Positions 1 through 13,200 of a stretch of 64,000 nt of DNA are shown in pieces. Position numbers and translations under genes: made by a program. The notes under the pieces were generated by a model. The model was given only the letters and a program-made list of their open reading frames with translations, was not told the DNA's origin and ran no database searches. Each line of letters starts with the position of its first letter. The first letter of the stretch is position 1. The DNA comes from Strigamia acuminata (Eukaryota): the NCBI GenBank assembly GCA_949358305.1, contig OX442314.1:22940001-23004000 (forward strand), written 5' to 3'.

Positions 1-545
1 ACTTTTAACGGGTTAATATTGCAGTGGTTGATGATGAAAATATCGTGACAAGACATTGAAATTCGTTTTAATATTAAAAGAAATGTTGAGGTAAAGTATT
101 GATTCTTACAAACAGTTTAATCAAATTTGTCTTTGAAGATGCACACGCGAGAAGATTAATTCCGTGTTACGCATTACGTGATGTTAGAAAAAATTAAATC
201 AGCTCTCAAAAGGTGTAATTAAGTATACCTAAGTGCACCCATGTAAGTTTGTGGATATGTGCTCGTAGTTCTTAATTTTTAACTTTGTCGCGTGAATTAC
301 TCTTTAGGGTCTCGTATTATTAAATGAAGTTTTTTTTAAATGAAAGCGGCAAATTTTATAATGGTGAAGAAACAAGCACATTCTTATACTAATTACAAAG
401 TTTTGCAACACGCTGCTGTTCTTTTATAGTTTAAAGAACCAGAACGACCCAACGGTGAAAGCTTTTCAATAATTATGAATTTCCGTAAATGCTCCCATAG
501 AGCGCGGGATGCTAATTGAATGTGGTATCCTTTACAATGCAGGTT

Positions 546-940
546 TAAATTGACACAAATGAGTGAATTCAATATCTAAATTGACCAAAGCGACTAAATT
601 CAATATCTAAATTGACCAAAGCGACTAAATTCAATATCTAAATTGACCAAAGCGACTAAATTCAATATCTAAATTGAACAAATGACTAAAATAAACGTAT
701 AAATTGCTCAAGAACACTAAAATAAATGTCTAAATTGTTCAAGAACACTAAAATAAATGTCTAAATTGATCAAGAACACTAAAATAAATGTATAAATTGA
801 TCAAGAACACTAAAATAAATGTCTAAATTAATCAAGAACATTAAAATAAATGTCTAAATTAATCAAGAACACTAAAATAAATGTCTAAATTAATCAAGAA
901 CACTAAAATAAGTGTATAAATTCACTGAACCGATTAAATT
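546..940. repeat. 31-bp satellite-like array (~12-13 units, two unit variants) attached to a CCGTAAA-terminus element starting ~483
   Basis: Units AAATTCAATATCTAAATTGACCAAAGCGACT and AAAATAAATGTCTAAATTGATCAAGAACACT. Confidence 0.9.
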
Positions 941-1046
941 TAGGGAAATTTAGGGTGTGTCAATAGTCCGCGGGTGTTCTGTCAGAGTATTTACGGTAGA
1001 CATCAGGGATATCGGGCGCGAACAGCAGTAACCATACAGTACTCAC

Positions 1047-1208
1047 TTCTCTGAGCGTTTTTCTACATTTTTGGTTTTCCTCTTGAAGAATTTTCATGGA
1101 TTCTTGAATGTCGGATTCTTCTGAGTCGCGACGCCTTTTGAGTGATGGTTTAAAGGTGGCTCGCACCCGTTTGTCTGTTCCGTGGGGATTCCGTTTGAGT
1201 TCGATTAA
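1047..1208 (-). CDS. GABBR2: GABA-B R2 exon n (C-tail, start of coiled coil): [21 protein letters not shown]...[17 protein letters not shown]
   Basis: tccag acceptor, gtgagt donor, 162 nt. No stop codon, so the gene continues downstream. Confidence 0.92.
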
Positions 1209-4200
1209 CTGGAAATAGGAAGACAAGTAGCCATTAACTCTTTGCGTCGGGAATTTCAGTGCAGACTTTGACATCGTAAAATGACATCCATATTTTCTCT
1301 GCAGGACACTTTTGCGACCATAAAACTGACCTTAGGCACAAAGACGAGACAGAGTGTGGTTGTAGTGCAAAAGATGATGAAAACTGAAATGATGATGAAT
1401 GAGGCATTCTGCTGGTCGGACAAGATGAAAGAAATGGCTGCTCCAATGACGCACATGATGACCACATTATACACGGACATGCCAATGTACTTGGAATCAT
1501 TTAATGCTGGGATGCTCACACGTCGAGTCTCCCACGCTAGAAAGCAGCCGAACACCTGCACATGTGCAAATAAGGACTTTGAGTTTTACGATGCAGTCAT
1601 GGTGTGCTTTACTTACAATGGGAGGTGGGTGAGGTAGCGCATGTTAATGAAGAGGGTAATGATGATGCGTAAGTGAAAGGCCATATAGTGCAGGGAACAC
1701 AAGCAAAGGGTCGAGAGGAGTTTGAAAAAAAAGAGAGATTTAAAGAGGTTAAAGCGGTTTATTTTTTGCTTATAACCTTTATTATGGAGTGTTTTTTTTT
1801 CTTGACTTGGCATTCATGATGTCAGCTTGATGTGAAAATCGTGCCGAAGCAGCAACTTTTTATCAGCTGGTTCATCTTTTTCTTATTTTTTTTGTTGATT
1901 TTTTTTTATAGCGATTTTGGAGGTAACCGCAAACGGGGGGTGGGGGATCGTGGTATTTACGGATAAATCGAACATGCGCACAAAGTAAAGTTGCATGAAA
2001 TTAAGAATTGCTGAAACTTTTGTGTGAATTTAGCGGTATGCTAAATGTAAGGTAAAATTTAAAGTTTCTGGTTTTGTAGTTTTTAGTATTACTGGAAACA
2101 GAATGGATGCCAAAGACAGCTGTAAAACAATAAAAAACACTAGGGAAACAGAAATCAAAACTTGTTTAAATTTTCAAGAGGTTTATGCAACCTGGTTTTG
2201 GTCTTTACGTTTTGGTCTTTCAAAATGGCTGCCACAAATTTAGATTGGGGCGTAGAATGTAAAAGGTGAAGTAGCCAAACTCGTTAGTTCTATTGTTTCT
2301 TCTAGTGGTGGCGCCACAGCTGCTAGTTTGTCCCTCTGAGCAAAGCATCCCAGTCGTTATGAGATTTCTTTTGTTGTTTTTTTGGCTTAATTTAATATTT
2401 TTACACAGGATTACGAAATATAATTTAATTCTATTTAACAATTTTTGTGCAAATGTTTAGAACCAAGAAAGATTAATGCTATATCATTTTTTTCTTCAAA
2501 TTTTAAAAGCAAGAAAAATTATTACAAGAGTTTTTTTTTTAAAAAAAAAAAAAAGAAAATTCTATAAGATTATATATTTTTATGCTTAGTGGAGAACGAC
2601 AAACCCTATTCAGCGACATTGGAATTATTGGGATAAAGTAGGGGCACCAATAATCTCCTGCTTAATTTTGCATAGCGTATTTGGTTGGGAAAGCGTATTT
2701 TCTTGTTCAATGCAGATCTTGATGCGGATTATCTAGATTATTTTTGACATGTAAACACGGCGCTGTCACAATTAATCAGCCAAATTGGCGTTGTTAGAAT
2801 TTACTGCTTTGAAATAACAGACTTTGAACAGTAATAATTGAATTTGAGAGACGAGCTAAGCTTACACGAAGAAGAATTGATTTTATAAAATGTATTTTTT
2901 TTAAAAAAAAGAAAGGAACCCACACAGTATATCTACGACCACAGGATCTTTTATCAACTCTCCAGAGCATCTATTAAACATCTCTGGAACTTAGAGTGCT
3001 GAATAGAAAATCAAATTAAGTTTTGATGATGTAAAGCATCAGGAGACTTAAAAAATTCAAATTTTCCAGTTGATTTTGTAAACATGCACATTTTGGACAA
3101 AACATTTTTATTTTAATATATTTTTTTTAAAAAATATTTTTTATTCCTAAAATTTAAAGATTGCAAATCATTGACATAAAGATAATTTAAGAAAAAGAAA
3201 ATTAAATTATAAGAGAAAATAATTTCTAGAAGTAAGGGGGAGAGAGAGAGAAAAGAGACAATTTTCTTAAAAAGAATAAATAGTGACTTAAATACTTTAG
3301 TAAAAACTCTCTAAGCTGAACTTCCAATATTTAATGTGTGTTTTTAATCGCGCAAAAACATAATCTTAGCTCAACTACCAAGTGCAACAAATTTAGCAAC
3401 ATATAGGAGCTTAGGAAGGAGAGTTGAAAGTGTAACCGAAATCCGCATAAAAATGTTTTAAGTGGCAATAAAAAATGTTAATGAAAGGTGTTACCATGAG
3501 AAGGCCCTTGTAGGCATAGATGCATCCTAAGAAGATGGTCATCCGGTCGCTTTTGCAATATTCCATCACCGGAACCAAATAAAGATCTTCGTCCGTGTTG
3601 GATGCCTAAAAGATGTATAAATTTTAGTTAACTAATATTTGAATTAAAACACGAAATTGGATTTCAGAGACATAGAGTGAAGAACAAAAGTGATTTTTAG
3701 AGGTTAGGAGGACTCCAACAACACTATTCATGTGACGGAAGTAATAACCAGAATAAACAATATCACCCAATAAACAGTGCCACAATAGAAAATAATTCCC
3801 ACCAAGAGATGGCACTAAAAACGCAACAATCAATCCCCATATCACGTGAAGTGTTCTTTGATGTCTATACCATGTTTACACTAAGCTTTTGGATCTCATC
3901 TGAAGCTGCGATATAGATCCAAGATTGGTGTGAACACTGAACTCCGTTCACGGATCTAGATCCATGTACCTAACAACTCCGTTTGCCAATTGAGTTCCCA
4001 CAACTCGATTCACGTTTGGATTCGAATTGGAACAATGTCAGCAGTCTGTAGCATTCCATTGTTGCGAATAAAATGGCTTCAAAACACACGGTTTGTTGGT
4101 TTGTTTGAATCGATTTTGATGTGAACACAACTCCATCCAAGTGAATATTGGAACTCTGTTCAGTTGGATCTGATCGGGCGGGATCAGATCCAGCCAAACT

Positions 4201-7200
4201 CGATTCGTTGGTGTGAACATGGTATTAGGAAGTCGAGAGCGAATTAATGTGCGACTGTCATTGTTGAATATGATAACATGGGTGACTTTATTACAGGTTT
4301 ACATATATTGAGATGGTCATAGCATCACAATGTACAACAATGGTCAAGAATGACCAATGGAGTGCGAGACACTCAATCTGGTAGCTCTATATTGCGGCCC
4401 CTCTGAATCATTTTTTCTTCTCTTCTTTCATTTTTTTTTAAAAAAGAGAGAGTGGGATGTTCATAGCAGGAAATTTAATGATTGGGGAGAAGGATATAAA
4501 GAGTGAGCAACGTCTGCATCTTGTGTTTATTGACTCTCGGGAGTGACTTTAATGGTCCCATTTTGTGGCAGATTTATCTTGCCCTCAGGAGTTAGTTTGT
4601 TCAGTGGGAATAAGATATTTTTTTTTCACGATCAATTTGACACTTTTCTCACCTCTGCTTGAAGGTTTTTCGTCTCTCTGTAAAAGGGGTCGATGGTTTG
4701 CCACGTGGTCATTATTGCAATATCCATCGAGAGAAGAATCCCCACTATTATAAAAAGTTTATAGTCTCTAATCACCTAAGAAAGAGGAAATAATTAATTT
4801 GTATCCGTTCTGGGGTTATCGCGGAGCGAGCAAGCATCCGTGTGACACTCTTACCTTTTTGTTTAGTTTAATGTTGGTGAAAATGGCATGAACCCGCCAT
4901 GTTTTGCTGAACATTGAACCGAAGGCAAGTGAAAAACCTGCCATAAGGGCCCATGCTCGCATCTAAGGAATAATTGTAATGGCATTTTATTTGATAAAGT
5001 GGTAATTGGGTTAAATAGAGTAGCTGGCATTGAAGAAGCAATTTACACTGGTTTATCTGATTTGAACACAAGTTGTGTGAAGGATGTTTAAATTTAAAAT
5101 AATTAAACAAGTTTGACTAGTTTTGTTGTTTACAAATTGTGCACAAGCGGCACTGCGACTTAAAGAAGACTAAATTGAAGAAGAGTAAATTGAACTGATT
5201 AGTTCAAATCAATTTAAACCTTACACTTGTTGTTGTTTAGTTCAAATGATTCTTCAAATGCCAGCTGTAGTGTCTATCTTTGGTCAACCTTGAGTTGTAG
5301 GCACTCTAAAATAAATAGGATGGTATTGGCTGAAGGTTGTTTACTCTCACACACAACCATTATCCACTGGCTGAATGGACTGATCATGGGTAATGGTTAT
5401 TTATTTATTTTTTTTAAAAATCTATTTCTGTATTTATTTATTTGGGGAATTAGAATTAGGGTATTAAAAAGATAATATTTCTTTTGGTATTCATTGCGGT
5501 TCATATGACCGATTGGTAAAAACTAAACTAAACGCAGGTTTACTGTAATAGGTGGATGCAGGTCACTGGAGCATGTGTGCATGCTGGTCAAGATAGAAAA
5601 GTGAATGCCAAGTTAAAAAAAATTGGCATTTTGGTAAGCTAAAATTTGAGTTTTAAATTAGCAAATTACACTGATGTTTTGTGACAAAAACTTCAGTAGC
5701 TGCATTTAAAAAGTCTAAAACGACTCGTTTCTGTCGTTTTGTGTTGATACGTTTGAATCAATGGGAATGACGTCAAACGTATTAACACGAAACGACAGAA
5801 ACGAGTCGTTTTAGACTTTTTGAATGCAGCTAGTGTAATTTGCAAATTTATTGTTTTGTTACTTAAAAAAATGGAAAGTCTCTAATGCTGGGCACACACA
5901 TACTGCGATTTCGCATCGCGGCACAATCGCGTTGCCATTGCGCATGCGCAGATGATGTCATTTCCTTCCCGTCGGTTGGAAATTTACTTTTGAAAATAGT
6001 GCTTGGGACAAGTACTATTTCGCCCGCGATTCATGTCGCAGCCAATCCGTGAGTTGTGTGAAATGAAGGAATGATGTCATAACCTTGAAATCGCGAAACT
6101 GGAATAGCTACATGTGTGTAGCATTGCGCGCGATTCACAGGGCGATTTCGCTTGCAAAATTGCGACGCGATGCGAAATTGCGGTATGTGTGCGCCCAGCA
6201 TTAAAGTGTTTGTGAATTCTTAAACTCTTATATCAGCCTAGAATTCACTAATTCTCATTGGCCGACTGTTTTACCAGTGTGTTGACACAAAGGAAATGAT
6301 CAGGTGATCACCTCGGCCAATCACAATGCACACTAGGAAATTAGACATGCTGCTCAAAGTAAATTAATTGTTGTTTGGAGTGCTGTAATGTGATCAGTGC
6401 CCTCTTTCACTAACTCTCCACAATAATGTCACAATAATAAAAGGACTGGGAGTTTATTTTAGAGTGCCTATTGAGAATTTCAGTACAGTTTGCTGTTCTT
6501 ACAGTGCAAATGAAAGGAAAGGCATCGACACTGGTTAGTTGACTATCTAGTCCTAGTAAGATGACACTGGTGTAGGTTAAAATGCAGCCAATTATTATGA
6601 GGTTGTTAAGATAAGGACTGGACATTTTGATGAATCTTTTAAAAAGAAAGCAAGAAAAAAATATTAATTGCATTTGTAGGTTTAGGATGAAAAGAAAAAG
6701 ATTTTTTGGGATTATGTTTAGTTTAAGTTCGGTTGGGCTTCGAAAGTGATATCTTAAACTTTAAATCTTGGAGGATTTAAAGTTTAATTCCAGAAGGAAA
6801 TCGAAATGCTGAAGAATGGAAAAACACAAGTAGCTTAAGCTGAGATGATGTTAAAAAACAAGAAGGAAGTTTAAAGTTTGATTTTAGACGCTTTCAAGTA
6901 GAAAAAATCAAATAAACGGTTATTCAAGTATAAAAATATAGGTAAATTGGAATTAGTTGTCAGATGTAAGCAGCTGTTACCTTTGATTTCTGAATTTGAT
7001 GTTGATAACTAGGAAGACTGATGCTGAAATGATCCCTAGAGATGCTGTAGCAGCCAAGATAGAGTAAATAGTCAAGTTGACTCTGGTTTGTTCATATTTA
7101 ATTAGAGTGTGGTCAAGAGGGGGTCCACTACCTACAAAAGGATTAAATATTGATTAACCACAAATTAGGAAGATAGCAACTGTAATGGCATTCATTGTCC

Positions 7201-10200
7201 CGGATGAAGGTGGAATTTTTTTCCACTGTAATATGCAATTGACAACTTGCCTCTCCAGGAAATTGATTTTCCTTTGCTCAGGTCCAATTCTTTTGAAATG
7301 CTATTGTATTCTCCAATTTTGACCTCTCTGCCACCTAGGAAAATAGACATTTTAATCAGAATAAACAGATTTCATACAGTTCTCGTCAGCTACTTTTCTC
7401 TTTTCCAATAATGGAACATTTTCCATTGATTAAATATTTATCAAAAAATTTTTTTTGAAAAAAAATTGTCATTTCTGGATCGGTTGAAAAACAATTTATT
7501 TATGATTATGATTAGGGTTAAAGAGTGGTACGTTTTTTTTTTGCGGGATTATGAATGAATGCATTTTTAATTCGCATGGAAAATAGCAGAGTCAGTTTTC
7601 ATTTTTGGGCTAATTAAAAAAAAAAATATATATTTTAATATTTCATTAACACCAATGAAATTTGCATTAAATTACATTAATTTCGAATGTGCCCAGTTCG
7701 ACTGAACGCAGACTAAATCAGCCACCATTTTTTAAGTTATATATCGAGACAACCCTCGTCAAGCAGTTTAAATATGTTGTTTAAAAATGTTGTTTAGTCT
7801 TAATGACTTTTCGAATGCAGCTATAGTGGGAAATGTCGACGGTTGACCTTTTGAAGTTGAATGCAAAAGATTAGCCGCACATTAATTATAATTTATTATG
7901 CAGACGGTTATTACAAGGAATAAATCGCAGAGATTAGAACTACCATATTTAAAGTCTATTTTGTGCTTTAATATTATTTCTGCAGTGATATATTATATAG
8001 AATATTACATTTTAATCTAACGTTTTAGTTACCATTTTGTGTTTGTTTGTGTCTGATACAGCAACTTGAATTTGAAGTACTCAATCAATGATAAACACAT
8101 TTATTTATTTATTAAAATTTATATATTTATATACGGATATATATATATTGCAAACAAAGTTGTATTGGCTAACAAAAGTGGCAAAGTGCAGTGAATTTAT
8201 ATTGAGTGTTTATCTTGTAATGAAGATATATTGTTTCATTGCTGTTGTCAAAATTGTTGTTTTGAATTTTTTATGTGCAAATTTTTTTACTGCATGAAAC
8301 ACATAAGTGTTGCATTTACACCTTTATAAAGGGTAGCACAACTTTCAACGTGTTTTAAACTGATGGGATTTTTTTTTCTTAAAGGAGTTTTAAAACTCGA
8401 GTGAATTGTGATTCGATTTAACTGCAGGGCTACGGCTGTAGTTTAAAGGAAGGCAATGGAACGTCAAAAATGTCAGTTTTAAAATGCCTTTAATTTAATT
8501 TCAAATTACCTATTTGTTGTTGTTGCATTTCATTTAAGAATTTGCAGCAGATTACCTCATTAACAAACTACTATTTTGATGGACAGCTCAACGTAACCCA
8601 ACAAAACACATGGCTCATTCAATTAAGAATAAACACAACATGCGAATTAACACTACCGTAAATGCTGTCATTGGGCGCGGATGCTGATTGAACACAGTAT
8701 CCTTTACAGCGCTGCTGCAAAGTGCAAAAATGTATTTTAATGTTCAAAATGCATTTTTTATGTGCAAAAATTGACTTTTGAGATTAAAAATCTATTAACA
8801 TGAGATGGCATTTTTGCATGAGATTATTGTGTTCTTATTTTTTATTTCATTTATTGAATGCATCTAGTGACGCTTTCCTGCAATGCATTTTATGGAAAAG
8901 CAATAAAGCATCACTTGGGTACTTGATAATTTAGAACGGGCGCCCAAACCGCGGCCCAACACACTTATATTTTTTAGATTCTAGTATTTGTTTGCTTTGG
9001 ACACGAACAGCTTTCTCTAGAAAATTGTTCTTCTTTGTGTTTGTGTATTTTATGTGTGGCCCGAGACAATTCATCATCTTCCAATGTGGACTGGAAAAGC
9101 CAAAAGGTTGGACATCACTGATTTAGAACTTTTCCATATTTTTGGTGAGTTATGAGTGTTATAATTGTGCTACATTGATCCCAAAGTTAAAGGTTATCCT
9201 ACACGTTCTAGCTTCAACTGTATATAACAATTTTTATATTTAAGTTTATTTACAGAGGTGTTTATGTTAATCTGTTGCAGAGTCTTAAATAAAACACTTT
9301 CTGTGAGTTTAGAGTATCATTGCCAAAATGGAATGACCTTACCACTCGTAATCATTCGTACTAATGGTCAACAAAGAGTTTTACAGCATATAAATAATGT
9401 CCAAATACGTTCGCAACAGAAAATTAAAAGCAAACAATGATTAGCACGACTTTCAAGTCTTTCTTAAAGCAGCACTAAAATAACCCTGTTGATGTTATAA
9501 GTCTCAAAGATTTTTTTTCAGCTTAAATTAAAGTAAATATAATATTTCTCTAAAATAAATCCCAAACCAAAACACCTGAAACCTCAACGGTTTTGAATGT
9601 CGGGCGAGGTTGAAAAGGACATACTAAAGAGACAACAGGGTTGCTTCCTCGTGACCTCCTTAATTACCACTAGACATTTGCAGAGAGGTTTTTAAATTTA
9701 ATTAATAAGTTAAATAATGGCGCGTGATTTGACCTCGGTGCAGCAAAAAAGCGTTTGTTAAATTAACTGATAGAAAGCAACAATAAATATCATGCGTGCA
9801 ACAAGTGTAACGAAGCTATTGTTAAGTTTAATTATACAACATTTGCAAATAAATGTTGTTAACTTATGGCTTGTCTAATTTTTAAATAAATAAATACCGT
9901 ACCGCCCCGTTTAAACGCCCGGGCGTTTAATTTTGTTTTTCAGCCGCTCCCCCCCGGCGGCTATTTGAGGCCCGGCGCTAAAATGAACCGGGCGCTTAAC
10001 CAGAAAAAAATGTAAATTACTAATCTGAAAAATTTTTTTTGGAGAAAATTTGTATTTTTACAATTTACACGTTCCATTTAGCTAACAAATGGTCCGAAAC
10101 TGCAAAGGCACTTGGATTTGAAGTGCCAACAATGTCAGCAGCGTCAATTTTCGTGCAGATTTCATCCAGCGAATGACAACAGTACTGCACGTTATCTGGA

Positions 10201-13200
10201 CGTATCCGTTAACCCGGCGCTTATTTGAACCTCGGCGTTAATACGGGCCAGGCGCCTATAAACTTTCGGGGTGCTGATTGCCAGGCGCTAAAACGGGGCG
10301 GGCGCTTGAATGAACCCGGGCGTTTAAACGGGGCGGTACGGTAGTATCTTTAAAGAAAAAACACCAGGCTAAGAAGAGAGCCAATCACTCGTCGAAATTT
10401 TACTACTCCACCACGTGATTGCCAAAAAACTTTTAGGTTTTTTTTCGCGTATTTGTGCAAGTTTTTTATTATCGTTTTTTGCATATTAATTTGCCTTTTA
10501 TTATGACGAGAGTCGACCGACCCAAGAAAGGGCATCCATTGACGTCCAAATTGAAGCAGATGCCAGCCGTACCTTTGCCTGGGCCACGCAGGTCCAAACG
10601 GCCACCATTACGACCTATTTGACTGCGGAGCCACCTGCGACTGTTTAGAAGGAATTAGACCTTCAATCCTTGATCCAAAGAGGTTTACAAGACTTCAAGT
10701 CTTCCAGCATACTGCCGACCACTCCTGCGATGTCCCAAGATGCGCTGCGACTGGCCTCCAGGTCCGTTTTTCCGGCCATGTCATGCAGATCATCACCATG
10801 TTCGTCAATCGCAAGGAAATGGACGTCAAGAGCTACCTTAACGACAAAACAAATTTTTTGTCTTTCCACGAATTTTTTAAAAAGAATATGGACTCTTCAG
10901 TCCTTCGAATTGGAGTTGTTGCGTTCAGACTTTTTGTGCCACATTTATGTCGACGTTTGCATCTAAACCCAGAAATTGTCGGTATTCTCACATTTGGGTC
11001 GGTACTCAGTCACCTCAAATCTCTGTCATCTATCAATAATCCTTCAAGCCTTCTCCTTAATCAGAAGGTAGCTACATTTTTGGCTCTAGCCCTGGCAGAT
11101 AGATCGGCCGATCTCAAACTCCTATCTTCAGATGTCATTTTCAAAGACAGTATTTGTATTGTTCCTCTTTTGGGGTCCAGGAAATCTTCTCGAGCTTCCT
11201 TTCGCATTTCTAGATTTCACGATAGGGAATTGTGTCGTCTTAACTCTTTGTGAGTACTTAGATTTCACCATTTCAATTCACAAGGATATGAGACAATTAT
11301 TTATTTAGGCTTCTTTTCCTTTTGAGGCAGTCTCTTGTACTACTACATCCTGATGGAATAAAAGGACCCTCAGTAATGCCATTGTTGATACTGTATTATT
11401 CCAAGACAGAGCTTATTAAGTCTTTCTTACACACGATTTGGGTTGCAACTGGTTGTTTTAATGATTAAACATATGGTGTCGCCTCTGGTATTGTTTCTAA
11501 CACCAGAGGGAAATGATTGGAATTTGGATACAATGCAATTCTACTAGGGCAGCATCCACCTCATTTGCGGCAAGCAGAGATGTATCCCTGAGTCGTATTA
11601 TCAAAGCAGCCAATTGGTCTGCTGAGGTTTTCCAAACTTTTTTTAAGAAACTTATTGTTTCATATTCATAAGAATTTTCTTCAGTTGTTTGGGAGGCTAT
11701 GACCAGCAGCTATAAGTTAACAACATTTATTTGCCAATGTAGTATATTACAAATTTTGCTAGTAATTATGAAGCAAAATTAAAATTATACTAGGCAAATA
11801 AATGTTGTTAAAAAGCCCATCCTTACACTAAACAGCGATTTTTAATGTTTTTTCCGTCGTTTAGGACCTGTCCTTAGAGGATTTTATTCTTGTAATGATT
11901 ATTCATTCATTGAATAAATGAATAAAGTTTTGTAAACTTTAGTGTATGTTTTTTATTAGACTGGGGATTGGCTCTGTTCGTAGCCTGTTTTATAGTGGTC
12001 ATACCCCTGGTGTTTTTTCTTTAGAGGTACTATTTATTTATTTAAAAATTAGACAAGCCATAAATTAACATTTATTTGCCTAGTATAATTTTAATTTTGC
12101 TTCATAATCACTACCAAAATGTGTAATTTATGACCGCGACATGCAGTTATTAATCTTTGCGTTTGTTTTGGGTGGCGAGGCCTATACTCTGTAGATTAAA
12201 TTCCATTTATATGTGTGACATTACTTAGCTGTCATCGCGTGATCTGGTGTGACACGTTAAGATGTACGGCTAATACCGCTTTTATTTGGTCATGTTATTA
12301 CAGTTGAAAAGGAATTATGTTTGAGTAAAATCTTCCCTAGCTGGAAATAAGACGTGAAACTAAGCAACCGTAAAGAGATTTGTTTTTTCTGGCAAAGGAA
12401 ATTCCAAGTTCCAGTTGTGACAGTTGGCATTTCGCGTTGAATATTCATTAGTGTGAAAATGAAATATAGAGAGGAGTTTATTTTATTTTTTTTAAAAAAA
12501 GGGGCAAAAAAATTGAAATTGTTGGGTTTATTTCTTTTTATTTTTTGGAATGCTAAATTTGGAATTTTTGAATTTAAAAAAAAAATAACATAGGCTTAAT
12601 CATGATGTGTTTCAAGTGGCCGACGTTGTGGATTCGGAAGACAAAGAGTAAAGATTAGTTGGAATAGACTAAAGGTTATTTGGCAAAGCGTTGTAAGATT
12701 TATGAGATGCACGAATAAATTTTTCATTCAGAAATGTTTGCAGTAAAACCATTTCGGCGGAAATTGGTAAGCTTATGCTCACTGGCAAATTCGGCTTTAA
12801 TGTTTAAATGTTTAAATCTTAAATACACTTCGTCGTAAACATCAAAGCCGTAAATCTACAAAATGAAGTTTGTTTACCCAGTGATGAAATTTAGCACTGA
12901 TGAGTAAATACCGAATGAAAAGTAAAAAGCAAATGTTTACATGTTGTAAAATGGGATTGCTTGATTAAATTAGAAAATTGCTGGGTTTTGCTGCTCGAAA
13001 TTGATATAAAATATAAACAGAATTTTGATTGTATTGAATTATTTGCATGTAACTTAGAATAGTAAGGCCCCCTGAGAAAGAAACGAATTCGTTTGATGCG
13101 TTGTATTAGTTTGAATTATAAATGGATTTTAGTTGTAACTGTTTAATGATGCAACTAATGGGAGTTTCGCATGCGAACAGATTTGCCCATAATTTTTACC

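Larger units (their letters stand above)
9833..12126 (+). mobile_element. Internally deleted DIRS-like tyrosine-recombinase retrotransposon
   Basis: Left ITR (~9833-10392, interrupted by a MITE) is the reverse complement of ~11955-12079. An internal complementary region at 11712-11806 pairs with the left start and the right end. A degenerate YR lies between them. Confidence 0.85.

Noticed and set aside
546..940. CRISPR-like regular array
   Set aside because: The units are contiguous tandem repeats with no unique spacers, there are no cas genes, and the context is a eukaryotic intron.
960..1046. Read-through C-terminus VSTVWLLL...PADY* of ORF 960..1274
   Set aside because: A strong gtgagt donor follows KTLRE and similarity to the GABA-B2 coiled coil ends there, so this is intronic.
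1281..1637. 118-aa plus-strand ORF
   Set aside because: Antisense shadow of the TM5-7 exon.
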